DNA of 64,000 bases from Candidatus Obscuribacterales bacterium (GCA_965228855.1 CBDDIJ010000005.1:1056001-1120000), one strand, 5' to 3'; positions 1 through 12,823 are shown, numbered from the stretch's first letter. The notes: a model not told the origin generated them from the letters alone. A program made the numbers and translations.

Positions 1-625
1 AGAAACTCTCATCAGACTTCGCGTCCAAGGCGACAGTGCCGGCTGTCTCGAACACTAGATCAGCAACAGCGACTGAAACAGTTTCAGCTGTTTCTTCAAC
101 AACAGCAGCATCGACAACCGTTTCCGCGATATGAGCGACAATCGGCTTTTCGAATTCAGGAAGTGGACCGCTCGTTGTAACGCTGACCTCAATAGTTGCT
201 GTTGCCGCAGAAACATCGTCGCCCGACTCGACACCGAAGAACAGATCGTTATTCTCGACGCCTTCAGCAGGGTGGGCGTCCGGTGCGAAATTCTCCTGGA
301 CGACTTTAGCTTCTACAACAGGCTTAGCCTTGTCAGAGGTCTTCCGACGCCGACGTGGTGCCGGAGGCGGTGGCGTGGTCAGCTCGTTCTCAACCACGGT
401 AGGAATGTCGCCGTTCATGAAATAAGTACCGTTAGGCGTGACAATAGGCATCGATGCCAGCTCTGCATCAATGTCATTCTTCTGAACGAACCAGCGCTCC
501 TTGTCACCGTCGAGACGCTTCTCGCCCTTATAGAGACCTTGGTCGAGTTTTTCCCGGACGTATTTCTTGTCTCGTCCCAACATAGCTGCTGCAACTTTGA
601 CTGAAATCATCGGATTGATATGCAT
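1..625 (-). CDS. Hypothetical protein with N-terminal excisionase/MerR-like HTH and acidic low-complexity region (runs off window start)
   Basis: Not in the ORF track because it is truncated. Manual translation from ATG 625 (GGAG upstream): MHINPMISVKVAAAMLGRDKKYVREKLDQGLYKGEKRLDGDKERWFVQKNDID..., open to position 1. Confidence 0.7.
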   Translation of the reverse strand, partial: MHINPMISVKVAAAMLGRDKKYVREKLDQGLYKGEKRLDGDKERWFVQKNDIDAELASMPIVTPNGTYFMNGDIPTVVENELTTPPPPAPRRRRKTSDKAKPVVEAKVVQENFAPDAHPAEGVENNDLFFGVESGDDVSAATATIEVSVTTSGPLPEFEKPIVAHIAETVVDAAVVEETAETVSVAVADLVFETAGTVALDAKSDESF

Positions 626-835
626 CGCATCTCCACTTTCTATTTCTTCGACATGCCGCACGGTTCGCCAGTCTGGAAAGAATTATAAGGCAAGCCAAAG
701 CGCTTACGGGCTGACGAATTTCTCACAACCCGCACCACCTGTGATGCCGGCGAGTAAAACTATATGCGATACCACCACGTTATGCGACGCAATGGTCCAT
801 GAAAGCAATTCGGTGGCTATTCAACGACACCAAAC

Positions 836-870
836 AAAAACTCCCTCTGCCGAAGCGAAGGGAGTCTTTC
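836..870 (-). terminator. Intrinsic terminator of the redoxin gene
   Basis: Minus strand GACTCCCTTCGCTTCGGCAGAGGGAGTTTTTGTTT: hairpin plus U-tract, about 30 bp after the stop at 898. Confidence 0.7.
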
Positions 871-897
871 GACGAACTTATGACAGGTAGCTGATGC

Positions 898-1572
898 CTA
901 TTGATACTTCACAGAACACCCGTAGGATTTGGTCTCAGCGACGGTCACCGGCTTACCTTTGAGAACCTCATCAAGAGCGCTCTTGACGTAGTTCTTCGCG
1001 GTAGCGATTTCGGATTGGTCCACTCCGGACTTGTCGTCGATCGCGCCGGCATAGACCAGCTTACCGGCTTTATCGATCACATACATGTCGGGGGTTGTTT
1101 TGGCATTGTATTCTCTGCCAACCTTACCGTCCTCATCGATTAGCACCACTGATGGTGCAGCCTTTCTGTCGGCGAATGCTTTGTTGTGTTCCTCAGGGGT
1201 TGCGTTACCTTGCTTCCCTTTGGCAGAGGAGTTGATGGAAACCCAAACCACGCCTTTGCCGGTATATTCCTTTTGCAACTTCTGCATGTTGCCGCTCTCG
1301 TAGTGCTTCTTGACGAAAGGACAACCGAAGTTGAACCACTCGAGCACCACAACCTTGCCCTTTTGATCTTTCAAACTCCACTGCTTGCCGTGTGTATCGG
1401 TCAATGTGAAGTCAGGAGCTGCCTTTCCTACAACCGCCGGAGCTGCGGCTTCCGGGGCTGCTTTGACGAAACGATCAGCAAACAATTCATTGGGAATCAG
1501 TATCGCCATCGTCAACAGAAATAACGCCATAAGCTTTTGCGCTATTTTGGAAGAACCGTTCATAAACACCAT
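898..1572 (-). CDS. Secreted thioredoxin-fold redoxin (AhpC/TSA-like)
   Basis: Signal peptide; APDFTLTDTHGK, VVLEWFNFGCPFV, AKTTPDMYVID, YAGAIDD, C-terminal YGCSVKY. Confidence 0.9.
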   Translation of the reverse strand: MVFMNGSSKIAQKLMALFLLTMAILIPNELFADRFVKAAPEAAAPAVVGKAAPDFTLTDTHGKQWSLKDQKGKVVVLEWFNFGCPFVKKHYESGNMQKLQKEYTGKGVVWVSINSSAKGKQGNATPEEHNKAFADRKAAPSVVLIDEDGKVGREYNAKTTPDMYVIDKAGKLVYAGAIDDKSGVDQSEIATAKNYVKSALDEVLKGKPVTVAETKSYGCSVKYQ

Positions 1573-1774
1573 TAGCCTCTTTATAAGCTGAATTCAGTAA
1601 GGACGTATTCTACACCTATCACTTCAAACAACTAGTCGTATTACGGGAGCGAAGGTCAAAACCCTCGGACATTCGGCGTCGCGAGCCAGTAACAGTCTGA
1701 AATATTTATCAGATATGCTTATAGCAAAGTGGCGGCGTAATGCGGCTTTCCGTCTCAAACTCGGTCGCCCGCCC

Positions 1775-2419
1775 CTAACAGAACTCCAAAAGCAGGCTAC
1801 GCGCAACGCTCTCTCGAGCCAACCAGTGTAGCACTCCCCATACCCGCTTTTCTTCTTCAAAGGTATCGCCTGCGATTTGCTGGTCCAGGACTGCAGTTCC
1901 GTTCAACTGACCGACGTCACCAGGAACTTTCAAGAATTGATTGAGTTCATCCAGCTCGCGAAGGAGCGCATTTGATGAGCCTATGTCGCACTTCCAACTG
2001 CCATCGCCAGTGGACGACGCCACGTCAAAAGCAAAAGGCTCATCGAAGTCTACGGGAATATAGAAACCGTTTGAGTCAGAATGGTTAATCAGGTGCTTGA
2101 ACTTACCAAGCGGCAAACGCCCCTGGTTTATTTCGTTGAGTTCATGACCGATTACGGAAAAATCCGGTTCGGTAGGAGGCTCTCCGTGAACCGACAAGTA
2201 CGCAGCATAACTCTTGAGCTGCAGCACGCTCCCAGACTTGCCAATTTCCCCTTTGAAATCCTGATTGGCCGGTCCAATCGTTAATTGACCGCTGTTTCCC
2301 TTGTCAATAAATGCAGTCTGGATAGAATTCAAGAGCGAAGCATAGTAATCTTCGAATTCGTAATCGTCAGTTCCGACCAATCGCCCGTCAAGAGACATCA
2401 TCGCCCTCCGCGTTCTCAC
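1775..2419 (-). CDS. Hypothetical protein
   Basis: 214-aa globular-looking ORF (HLINHSDSNGFYIPVDF, IGSSNALLRELDEL); no function recognised. Confidence 0.75.
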   Translation of the reverse strand: MRTRRAMMSLDGRLVGTDDYEFEDYYASLLNSIQTAFIDKGNSGQLTIGPANQDFKGEIGKSGSVLQLKSYAAYLSVHGEPPTEPDFSVIGHELNEINQGRLPLGKFKHLINHSDSNGFYIPVDFDEPFAFDVASSTGDGSWKCDIGSSNALLRELDELNQFLKVPGDVGQLNGTAVLDQQIAGDTFEEEKRVWGVLHWLARESVARSLLLEFC

Positions 2420-2514
2420 GATGAAAGCTTATCGCCCTGGAAGGCAGGGTTCAAGCTTTTCGGACGCTGTCAGGGTATAAAAGACTAAGAAGGGAAACTG
2501 CGGTCACCACTTCC

Positions 2515-3576
2515 ATGTCTAATCATCTTAAAGCTGGTGAGCTTTACGCCTTCGCGACCAACGACGGCTCCTGCCTGGTTGGCAAAGTCGTGCAAAGTTA
2601 TAAAGACTCGGTAGACATATATATGTACGACCGACACTTTGAACCGCTCTCTCAAAAGTCGGACGTTCTGGCAGCACTGATAGAGCACAAAGCCCCAGGC
2701 GGATATACAACGAATATCGAGCGCCGTGAATTCGCGCTGATGTATCCGCTCTGGTTGGCTCATCAGGAAGTCACAGAAAGCGAGGCCCAGAGCGCGTCTC
2801 AGAAGGCTCTCACCATTTACGGAAAACCGATTCGCTTCATTCGCACTCGTCCTTACTGGGACCCGATAATCATAATGGTGTTTTCCTGGCTGATGGTGCT
2901 GATTTTTGCCCTGGCAATTTGCGTTCCGAACAACCAATCACTTCCGAGCGCGTTGTTGATGGCAATTTTTCTGTCGGGCTCCATCGCAATCCCGCTTGGC
3001 GGAGGGATAGCCTTCGTTTTTGTTATATTCCGCTTCCTTGAATCGCTCCGTACAGGCTTCCCGATGCGCTCCAACCCGACCCTTGAATTCCGGCTATCAA
3101 TGCCTTTGGACGAAGCATTCCCAATCTGCAGAGACAAGCTCGGCGCAAAAACCGACCGCGACTTTGATTTTGTAGACCGCCGCTCCGGCTACATACAAGC
3201 GAGGATTCAGAACCATCTGCTTGTGAGGATTATGTGCTACCAGCTCGAGGCAAATGAAACCGGTGTCATCGTTTCCTGTTTTGACTTGAAGGGCGGCACA
3301 TTTGGCTCCGACATGTGGTTGTTGAAAAATCTAGCTGCTCAATTGCAGGCGCAGGAGGGCGAGACCGTGATTGAGCAACAGCCGCTAGTTATTGGTGGTT
3401 TCATGCGCAAGTTTTTCTGGTTCGCAATGACCGCAACCTTCGCTTGCGTAAGTGCGATGTTCTTGAAAGCTGCTATTTCAGGCGAATTGACATGCCTTCC
3501 GCTACTTCTACTGACAGCTATACTGACCGGACTTGCCGGTTTTTACCTGTTCCGACCCACTCAGGAGACGGCTTAA
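2515..3576 (+). CDS. Hypothetical membrane protein (two pairs of TM helices)
   Basis: 353-aa ORF with hydrophobic segments centrally and at the C-terminus; soluble N-terminal domain. Confidence 0.75.
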   Translation: MSNHLKAGELYAFATNDGSCLVGKVVQSYKDSVDIYMYDRHFEPLSQKSDVLAALIEHKAPGGYTTNIERREFALMYPLWLAHQEVTESEAQSASQKALTIYGKPIRFIRTRPYWDPIIIMVFSWLMVLIFALAICVPNNQSLPSALLMAIFLSGSIAIPLGGGIAFVFVIFRFLESLRTGFPMRSNPTLEFRLSMPLDEAFPICRDKLGAKTDRDFDFVDRRSGYIQARIQNHLLVRIMCYQLEANETGVIVSCFDLKGGTFGSDMWLLKNLAAQLQAQEGETVIEQQPLVIGGFMRKFFWFAMTATFACVSAMFLKAAISGELTCLPLLLLTAILTGLAGFYLFRPTQETA

Positions 3577-3907
3577 GAACCCGGCGCGGCACCACAGCCG
3601 GTGCCGCGCCGGAAAGTCGCATGCACGCGAAAAATTCAGCGCTATCGGAAGGCGGGGTCGCGAGCGGTTTATATCCTCTATATAGGAATGATTTTGCTGC
3701 GATCAATCTTGCACATTTTTCATATCCACCATATATGGCACCATTGCAAAATACAAGAGTGGCTATTTGTGCGGCTTTCGAGCGATCGCGATTTTCGACT
3801 TCTGATAATCGGAGCAACGCTTGGCATGCCGCCGTCTAACGAAGAGCAGCCTATACTGCGGACTTCACGCGATCGTTCACCAGTATGAAGATATGTGGAT
3901 GGTGCAG

Positions 3908-3936
3908 ATGCACACGCAGGGGTTAGGTGATACTAT
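3908..3936 (+). promoter_or_regulatory. Putative sigma70 extended -10 promoter upstream of tRNA-Ile
   Basis: ATGCAC-17 bp-TACTAT with TGn immediately upstream of the -10; 19 bp before tRNA-Ile. Confidence 0.45.
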
Positions 3937-3955
3937 TAGAAATCTCGCTGAGCGA

Positions 3956-4029
3956 GGGCTATTAGCTCAGGTGGCTAGAGCGCACCCCTGATAAGGGTGA
4001 GGTCCGAGGTTCGAGTCCTCGATAGCCCA
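3956..4029 (+). tRNA. tRNA-Ile(GAT)
   Basis: GGGCTAT/ATAGCCC acceptor stem, CACCC-CT GAT AA-GGGTG anticodon arm, GGTTCGAGTCC T-arm; CCA not encoded. Confidence 0.98.
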
Positions 4030-4053
4030 GATCTTAAAGCTTTCCTTGAGAGC

Positions 4054-4082
4054 ATGCGACGTTTCGAAAAGTCTGTTATGAT
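4054..4082 (+). promoter_or_regulatory. Putative extended -10 promoter between tRNA-Ile and tRNA-Ala
   Basis: ATGCGA-17 bp-TATGAT with TGn upstream of the -10. Confidence 0.4.
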
Positions 4083-4200
4083 AGAGAAACGACGACGCGG
4101 CTGAAGGGAAGTCACCCGTCCGAAACATTCGGACATGGTGAGAGGACTTACGGAGAGCGTTCCCTTATAATGGGAATTGTGAACTGGAAAGTTCGAACTC

Positions 4201-4273
4201 GGGGGCTTGGCTCAGTTGGTAGAGCGTCTCGTTTGCACCGAGAAGGTCAGGAGTTCGAATCTCCTAGCCTCCA
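4201..4273 (+). tRNA. tRNA-Ala(TGC)
   Basis: GGGGGCT/AGCCTCC acceptor with G3:U70; TCTCG-TT TGC AC-CGAGA anticodon arm; GTTCGAAT T-loop; CCA not encoded. Confidence 0.98.
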
Positions 4274-4317
4274 GAGTTTTTACTGAAAAGCGTCTGTAAC
4301 AACTAAGATACAAACCC

Positions 4318-4345
4318 TTTTCAAACCAGAGTTAACTGATAGAAT
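4318..4345 (+). promoter_or_regulatory. Putative extended -10 promoter upstream of the 23S leader
   Basis: TTTTCA-16 bp-TAGAAT with TGn; followed by boxB-like hairpins and a boxA-like sequence. Confidence 0.4.
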
Positions 4346-4412
4346 TGTTGACTCTGCGAGGTTCGAAAGACCTCGAGAGCCCACAGCCGAGAGGCTATTA
4401 ATCTCGGCGCCG

Positions 4413-4435
4413 TACCCTGAAAACTGCATATTGAG
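4413..4435 (+). other. boxA-like element / 5' arm of the 23S precursor processing stem
   Basis: TACCCTGAAAACTGCATATTGAG is complementary to 7562-7584 (CTCAATGTGCAGTCTTCAGGGTA): 21/23 Watson-Crick pairs, one G:U and one mismatch. Confidence 0.8.
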
Positions 4436-4552
4436 AACGACAACTAGTGTTGCTGATCTAATCCATCAGCAACAAGTCCGTAATCAAAACACCAATGTAA
4501 GACTCGGTGCCTGCTTGTGTTCCTGTCCTGGAACGAGCCGCATCGAGAATTT

Positions 4553-7513
<2,961 letters not shown>

Positions 7514-7710
7514 AATTTACTTTGGTGTTAGATTACCTAGTTGTTTAAATGGCGCAAGCCACTCAATGTGCAGTCTTCAGGGTAACGGAGTTTGATACTG
7601 AATATGGTGTCAGACTTCCTTACGAGCGGTGACAAAGAACTAGTTTCAAATTGTGAAACTTCACCGCGGTCATAGTGTCTTCTTCGTGAAGATGCCGTAC
7701 CCTAAAAGGT

Positions 7711-7827
7711 TCTTGGTGCCGAAGCGACCGGAACACACCCGTTCCCATCCCGAACACGAAGGTAAAGACGGTCAGCAGCGACAATACTTGGTGGGTGACT
7801 GCCTGGGAAGATAGCCCGGTGCCAGGA
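7711..7827 (+). rRNA. rrf: 5S ribosomal RNA
   Basis: TCTTGGTG...CACCCGTTCCCATCCCGAACACG...TGCCAGGA, about 117 nt with paired ends. Confidence 0.96.
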
Positions 7828-7832
7828 GTTAT

Positions 7833-7870
7833 AAAAGCCTCGAGTTAATAGCTCGGGGCTTTTGCTTTTG
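7833..7870 (+). terminator. Intrinsic terminator after 5S (possibly bidirectional)
   Basis: AAAAGCCTCGAG-TTAATAG-CTCGGGGCTTTT then GCTTTT. Confidence 0.85.
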
Positions 7871-7929
7871 GAGAAAAAAGTCTGGCCGCGCATTTTGCTT
7901 GTCGACTTATGAGCTTCAGCACTCTTTCT

Positions 7930-9567
7930 TCAGTTCTGTGATTTCAATTGAACGGTACTAAATACGATATCAAACATCTTTTCGTATTTTTCACGAGATT
8001 CCAGTGGGCAGAAGAACTTCAGCTTCCAGATTGAATCGGGTGTCCCGAAGTAAATGTGTCTTTCCCTGAAGTACCCCTCAAAGACCTTTTTATAGATGAA
8101 CTCTGTCTCGTAGCCGCGAAGAGTCTTGTTCGACCCGAAATCAACCTCTTGAAGCGGCCTGATTTCGGTGAAATTCGGATAGGACGCATGCACCGTTCGT
8201 TGATATTTGGCGGAGGTCAACAAATCACGGTCGTTTCCATCAACGGCTTTTGAATCGAGAAATTTTATATCAAAACTGACATTCGGGACGACTCGATGTT
8301 CAAAATGCTCGACGATGCCAGAACCGTCATCCGGCACTTCACTGGCATGAAATTCTGCTGGATACTCAAACGTTACTTGCCCATTATCGAATTTGGAAAG
8401 TTTGTTCGCGTATCGCTTTGCGATTTGGTCCTTTCGAACTGCCTGGCTACGCTCGTAAACTAGTAGACCGGCAACGGCGGTAAAAAGAAGAACTGCGCAC
8501 CATGACGCCAGAAATACCTTTCGTCGGAATGCTTTATTTTTCTTTGAAAGCTTGGCATTCCCACCCGAGAACAAAACGCTCTTGATCTCAGAGGTAAAAT
8601 CCGGCTCTACACCCATCAGAGCATCCTTGAGTTCCTCGAAGTTTTGATAACGGTCATCTGGATCCTTCTGAAGAGCCTTGTTCACAATGCGCACAAGCCG
8701 TGTTGGCACTGATGCTCCACTTTTCGAGAGAGTGATCGGAGCCTCGTTGATATGTTTGTGCATCACCTCGTAAGACGAATCGCCCTCCAGCGGGAGCTTT
8801 CCGGAGAGCGCTTCATACATTACACAACCAAAGCAATAGATATCTGTGCGAAGATCCATTGCGGTCCCCATGCACTGCTCCGGAGCCATGTAGGCCGGCG
8901 TCCCCAGTACTTCACCGGTCAGGGTTAGATTCTCGTGAGCGCTTCCATCTCCCGAGATCACTTTTGCCAATCCGAAATCCAACACCTTAACGTGTTCGAT
9001 GCCCTCCTCAGATTCGAGGAGAACAATATTGGACGGTTTCAAATCCCTGTGAATAATTCCTTTGCGGTGCGCTGCAGCAACTCCATCGCAGCACTGGATG
9101 AATATATTCACTGCCCTTTCTGGTGAAAGAACCTTTGCCTCACTGAGCACGGCTGATAGAGTTTTGCCTGGAGCATACTCCAACACCAGATAAGGCTGGC
9201 CTTGCGCAAGCACCCCATAGTCATAAACCGATGCAACATTGGAATGGACCAGGGTGCTGATAGATTCAGCCTCATGCTGGAAACGCCGAATTTTGTCAGG
9301 CTTGTCGACAAATTCAGCGTGCAAGATTTTGACAGCCACAACTCGGCGTAAGGAAGTTTGATCAGCTTTGTAGACGGTTGAAAAACCGCCCATGCCGAGA
9401 ATCTCGATGATCTGATACTTATCAGCAATCATCTTCCCGATAAAAGGATCGCGCTTAATTACAGCAAGAATGCTGTTGTCGTCTGGACAGCGCTCCAGAT
9501 CCGGACTGTACTTGAATAGGCAGGTAGGGCAGACCTTGCCGATTATAAGTGGAGGGTCAGCGTCCAT
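7930..9567 (-). CDS. Membrane Ser/Thr protein kinase: Zn-ribbon-like N-terminus, kinase domain, TM, PsbP/DcrB-like extracellular domain
   Basis: CPTC..CPDD; GMGGFSTV, VAVK, HRDLKPSN, DFG, GTPAYMAPE; TM; C-terminus resembling PsbP fold (TFEYPAEF...FDIVFSTVQLK). Start set at ATG 9567; ORF extends to 9678. Confidence 0.93.
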   Translation of the reverse strand: MDADPPLIIGKVCPTCLFKYSPDLERCPDDNSILAVIKRDPFIGKMIADKYQIIEILGMGGFSTVYKADQTSLRRVVAVKILHAEFVDKPDKIRRFQHEAESISTLVHSNVASVYDYGVLAQGQPYLVLEYAPGKTLSAVLSEAKVLSPERAVNIFIQCCDGVAAAHRKGIIHRDLKPSNIVLLESEEGIEHVKVLDFGLAKVISGDGSAHENLTLTGEVLGTPAYMAPEQCMGTAMDLRTDIYCFGCVMYEALSGKLPLEGDSSYEVMHKHINEAPITLSKSGASVPTRLVRIVNKALQKDPDDRYQNFEELKDALMGVEPDFTSEIKSVLFSGGNAKLSKKNKAFRRKVFLASWCAVLLFTAVAGLLVYERSQAVRKDQIAKRYANKLSKFDNGQVTFEYPAEFHASEVPDDGSGIVEHFEHRVVPNVSFDIKFLDSKAVDGNDRDLLTSAKYQRTVHASYPNFTEIRPLQEVDFGSNKTLRGYETEFIYKKVFEGYFRERHIYFGTPDSIWKLKFFCPLESREKYEKMFDIVFSTVQLKSQN

Positions 9568-9676
9568 GTTTGAAAGTGTGCTTTCAGTGTCGATATTAAT
9601 ATTCCCGACATCAGAAACCGACGAACACGTTTGCCAGTGATTCACGAAGAGATTTAGGCCAGACTGCAGGTTCCGC

Positions 9677-11224
9677 ATGAAGAATCAGTTCAGCCAAATT
9701 CTAAAGTCGTATTCAGCGGAGCTCGCTCTGCTGAAATCGCCATCGCTAACTGGCGGTGAGCGGGCAAAGCAAAAAAAACTGTTGCAAATCACAATTCTGG
9801 GGACGATCGCGACCGCGTTGTTGACGCTTACTGTTGGCTTCTTTACGGGTCAGAGCATTCAACAGTTTCTGATGGGAACGGTTGTAGTGGTCTTGCTTCT
9901 CTACCTTTATATTCTTCTTGCTCGATTCCTCACGAGGCACGAAGATGCAGAAAATAAATTGCACGCGATGGCCGCTACCATCGAAGAACGAAACCGAGAA
10001 CTCAAACACCTTGTGTTGATTGACCCATTAACAGAGGTAATGAACCGACGAGGTTTTGAGCGGGTCTTAAAAATAGAGATTGAGCGCGCGGCCAGAAACA
10101 AAACAAAAAACTTTGCGCTCCTCATAGACTGCGATGACTTCAAAGGAATCAACGAAAAATATGGACACTCCGTTGGAGACCTGGTGCTTCAGGAAGTGTC
10201 CTCTCGTTTGGTCAAAGCTGTGAGACCATCCGATCACGTTGCTCGAATTGGCGGAGACGAATTCTTGATTCTGCTTTCCGAGATAGACACCAATACTGCA
10301 CTTCAAGTAGCAGAGCGAGTGCGTTTATCTGTAGCAGAAACGCCGATCAATCTTGCCCACGAGACAACAAAAATTACAACCAGCACCGGAATTATCGAAC
10401 TTGCAAACGAGCTACTTTCGATTGAGGAAATATTGGCCTCTGGGAATGCGGGTCTGAAGAACAGCAAGAGAGCCGGTAAAAACTCCGTCTCGTTTTCAAA
10501 CAGCAATGAGACCTTTAACGAATTAGCAGTTACTCTAGAAAAGCTCCGAAGCGGAGAATGTCTTCGGGCTGTTTATCAACCGATCTCGCAACTGAGAGAC
10601 CAGCAAATTATCGGTTATGAGCTTCAGTGTCGCGCAGAAAAAGGCGTATTCGAACAGCCTGATGCATTTTATAAACTGGCTCGCGAACATAATCTTCGCA
10701 CACCGGTAGACCTAAGATGTTTGAAAATCTGCCTTGAAAACTTAAGCAAATTGCCTGACAAAAGCCCCGGCTTCATCAACGTTTTCGCAGCAACGCTGTT
10801 TGATATTCCGCTAGACAATTTGGAAACAATATTCGATGTTGCAGGACAGGAAGTATGTGTTGTTATCCACGACAACGATTTCCTGGCAGAGCCTATGAGG
10901 CTGTTTGAGCATGTGCAGAGACTCAAGGAATTGGGTGTAAATATCGCCCTTGGCCAGGGAGGAGCAGGATTCAATTCATTCGCTAGTCTTCTGATGCTCG
11001 AGCCCCGGTTTATCAGAATCGAAAAGGAAGCGGTAAAAAACTCTTCCAGTGACGTTCCCACTTATCGAGCGTTTGTGTCGAAGCTAGTAAGGGTTGCCTC
11101 ACAACTCAACTGCCTTATTATTGCGGATGGCATTGAATCTAAGAAAGATCTTGATGCGATGTCTAGCTGCGGAGTGCAGTTGGGACAGGGAGCATTCTGG
11201 GGACTTCCAGTCCAGACAGACTAA
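9677..11224 (+). CDS. Membrane diguanylate cyclase (GGDEF) with degenerate EAL domain
   Basis: 2 TM; DPLT, DCDDFKGIN..YGH..GD, RPSD I-site, GGDEF. EAL motif is ELQCR and DDFG is replaced by GQGG. Confidence 0.92.
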   Translation: MKNQFSQILKSYSAELALLKSPSLTGGERAKQKKLLQITILGTIATALLTLTVGFFTGQSIQQFLMGTVVVVLLLYLYILLARFLTRHEDAENKLHAMAATIEERNRELKHLVLIDPLTEVMNRRGFERVLKIEIERAARNKTKNFALLIDCDDFKGINEKYGHSVGDLVLQEVSSRLVKAVRPSDHVARIGGDEFLILLSEIDTNTALQVAERVRLSVAETPINLAHETTKITTSTGIIELANELLSIEEILASGNAGLKNSKRAGKNSVSFSNSNETFNELAVTLEKLRSGECLRAVYQPISQLRDQQIIGYELQCRAEKGVFEQPDAFYKLAREHNLRTPVDLRCLKICLENLSKLPDKSPGFINVFAATLFDIPLDNLETIFDVAGQEVCVVIHDNDFLAEPMRLFEHVQRLKELGVNIALGQGGAGFNSFASLLMLEPRFIRIEKEAVKNSSSDVPTYRAFVSKLVRVASQLNCLIIADGIESKKDLDAMSSCGVQLGQGAFWGLPVQTD

Positions 11225-11264
11225 TGTTTTTAGTATCAACAATGGCTGCGGTGAAACCAAAACG

Positions 11265-12515
11265 CTAGGGTCTTATTTTCAAAGCCTTAATTACTGCAGC
11301 GCGTAAATCCGGAACAACGAATCCTTCTGATGTGACCCTGCCTGTTTTGTATATCAGCTTATCCGCTTTGTCCGGAGTCAACTTCGGATTAAGACTCATC
11401 AACAACGCGATGGACCCGGACCAGCATGGAGCAGAAAAGGAAGTGCCATCGCCGTAGGCCGGATTGCCAGTTAGGGTGTTGTGGGTGCGAATGTTAACTG
11501 CTGGCGCAACCGATTTAAAAGGACCGTAGGTTGATGAGGACCAGTAGAGGTCGTTCTCGTCAATACCGCCTACTCTTCTCAAATACTTGACTTGTTTGCT
11601 CGGATCCAACATATGAACGTTGCCTGCGCCGTTGACAAGTAAGTCTTTGTGCTTAGAGAGAGACTTCGCGATTCCTTGCACAACTGAAGAGCCATTGTAG
11701 GTAGGCAAGCTCGATGAATTGATGCTCAGATTGACAACACCCATTCCTCCGCGCGCAGCCTGGTTATCCACACACCAGGTCAAGGCACGGAGGACATCGA
11801 GCGTATCAATATTGCCGCTCCCGTCCTGAGTTCGCAAAGAAATTATTTTGACGGATGGATTGCTGTGCGAAGCGATACCTGTATACAAAACAGAATTGTT
11901 GGTAGCAGCACCTGCCACACAAGTGACAGCTGTGCCATGAAATCCGCTGTCGAAAGCGGTTTCCGGAACTCCGTTTTGCCCATTAGCAAAATTGTATTGC
12001 GTGATATTCGTCATCTCGTTGGAGATTGGAGCAACTCCCGAATCGACCACCGTGATCCGTGGTTGTACAACTTGCGAGATCCCCTTCGCATCAAGCAAGC
12101 AGCGCATTTCGGAAAAGTTCATCTGCTGCAAAAACAGTTGAGAAGCGAATTCAGGATCGTTGATTGACGGAACACACGCATTTGTTTTGGATGCGAACTT
12201 TATTTCAGCACCTTCCAGATCAACATCGCCGGAGGCTCTAACATTCGCCAAAGCGGCTTGAGCAGATACTTTCGGAGACTGCACCTCAAAGATGCCATAG
12301 CTTTCCGTTTTTGATCTGATTTCATTTACTACAATCAAACCACGCTTCGTCAGCCGTTCTCTGAACTTGTCCACGTCGCATTGAGGACGGCTCATCACAA
12401 GAACACTTTGTCCAGGCGGTATTCTCTTCGCCGAGGCAGACTGAATGAACACCATTGACCCTACCGCGATGACCGCAAGAGTTGTGAAAGCTAGATATTT
12501 TAGTTTGTTGGACAA
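11265..12515 (-). CDS. Secreted S8 subtilisin-like serine peptidase
   Basis: Triad VVDSG, FHGTAV, GTSFSAP; oxyanion GAGN; signal peptide. Probable TTG start at 12515 with GAGG RBS; ORF extends to 12593. Confidence 0.9.
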   Translation of the reverse strand: MSNKLKYLAFTTLAVIAVGSMVFIQSASAKRIPPGQSVLVMSRPQCDVDKFRERLTKRGLIVVNEIRSKTESYGIFEVQSPKVSAQAALANVRASGDVDLEGAEIKFASKTNACVPSINDPEFASQLFLQQMNFSEMRCLLDAKGISQVVQPRITVVDSGVAPISNEMTNITQYNFANGQNGVPETAFDSGFHGTAVTCVAGAATNNSVLYTGIASHSNPSVKIISLRTQDGSGNIDTLDVLRALTWCVDNQAARGGMGVVNLSINSSSLPTYNGSSVVQGIAKSLSKHKDLLVNGAGNVHMLDPSKQVKYLRRVGGIDENDLYWSSSTYGPFKSVAPAVNIRTHNTLTGNPAYGDGTSFSAPCWSGSIALLMSLNPKLTPDKADKLIYKTGRVTSEGFVVPDLRAAVIKALKIRP

Positions 12516-12823
12516 ACGGTGAACCTCATAACGCATTAGCGTCCGCGGCTCGGGTAATGAAAATTGTCCAGGAATCATCACCCCATCACTCAATTCATGC
12601 TACCACTGGCGACCATCCCTGTCGAGCAAATTTATACGCTGCGTCAGGTGACCACACGAAGACCTCCGAAGTGTCCGTCGCGAGTTGATTAAATAATTGA
12701 TTGCCACCACAGGCAGTGCGCATTCTTCATCGCTAAAGTCAGCGACTAGAAAGAGTTTTAGCCCCGAAACCTCCACAAGAGGAACTCGAATGGACGAAGC
12801 TCCCAACCAATCGCCAAGCTCTA

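Noticed and set aside
131..890. Plus-strand ORFs 131..604 and 567..890
   Set aside because: Antisense to, or in the promoter region of, the better-supported minus-strand HTH gene starting at 625.
3782..3789. HIP1 (GCGATCGC) enrichment
   Set aside because: Only a few copies were noticed in 64 kb, far below the density in HIP1-rich cyanobacteria; not formally counted.
3577..3900. Replication origin (DnaA-like boxes) or small CDS upstream of tRNA-Ile
   Set aside because: Only mismatched boxes (e.g. ATATCCACC) and no convincing cluster; the ORFs lack RBS or motifs.
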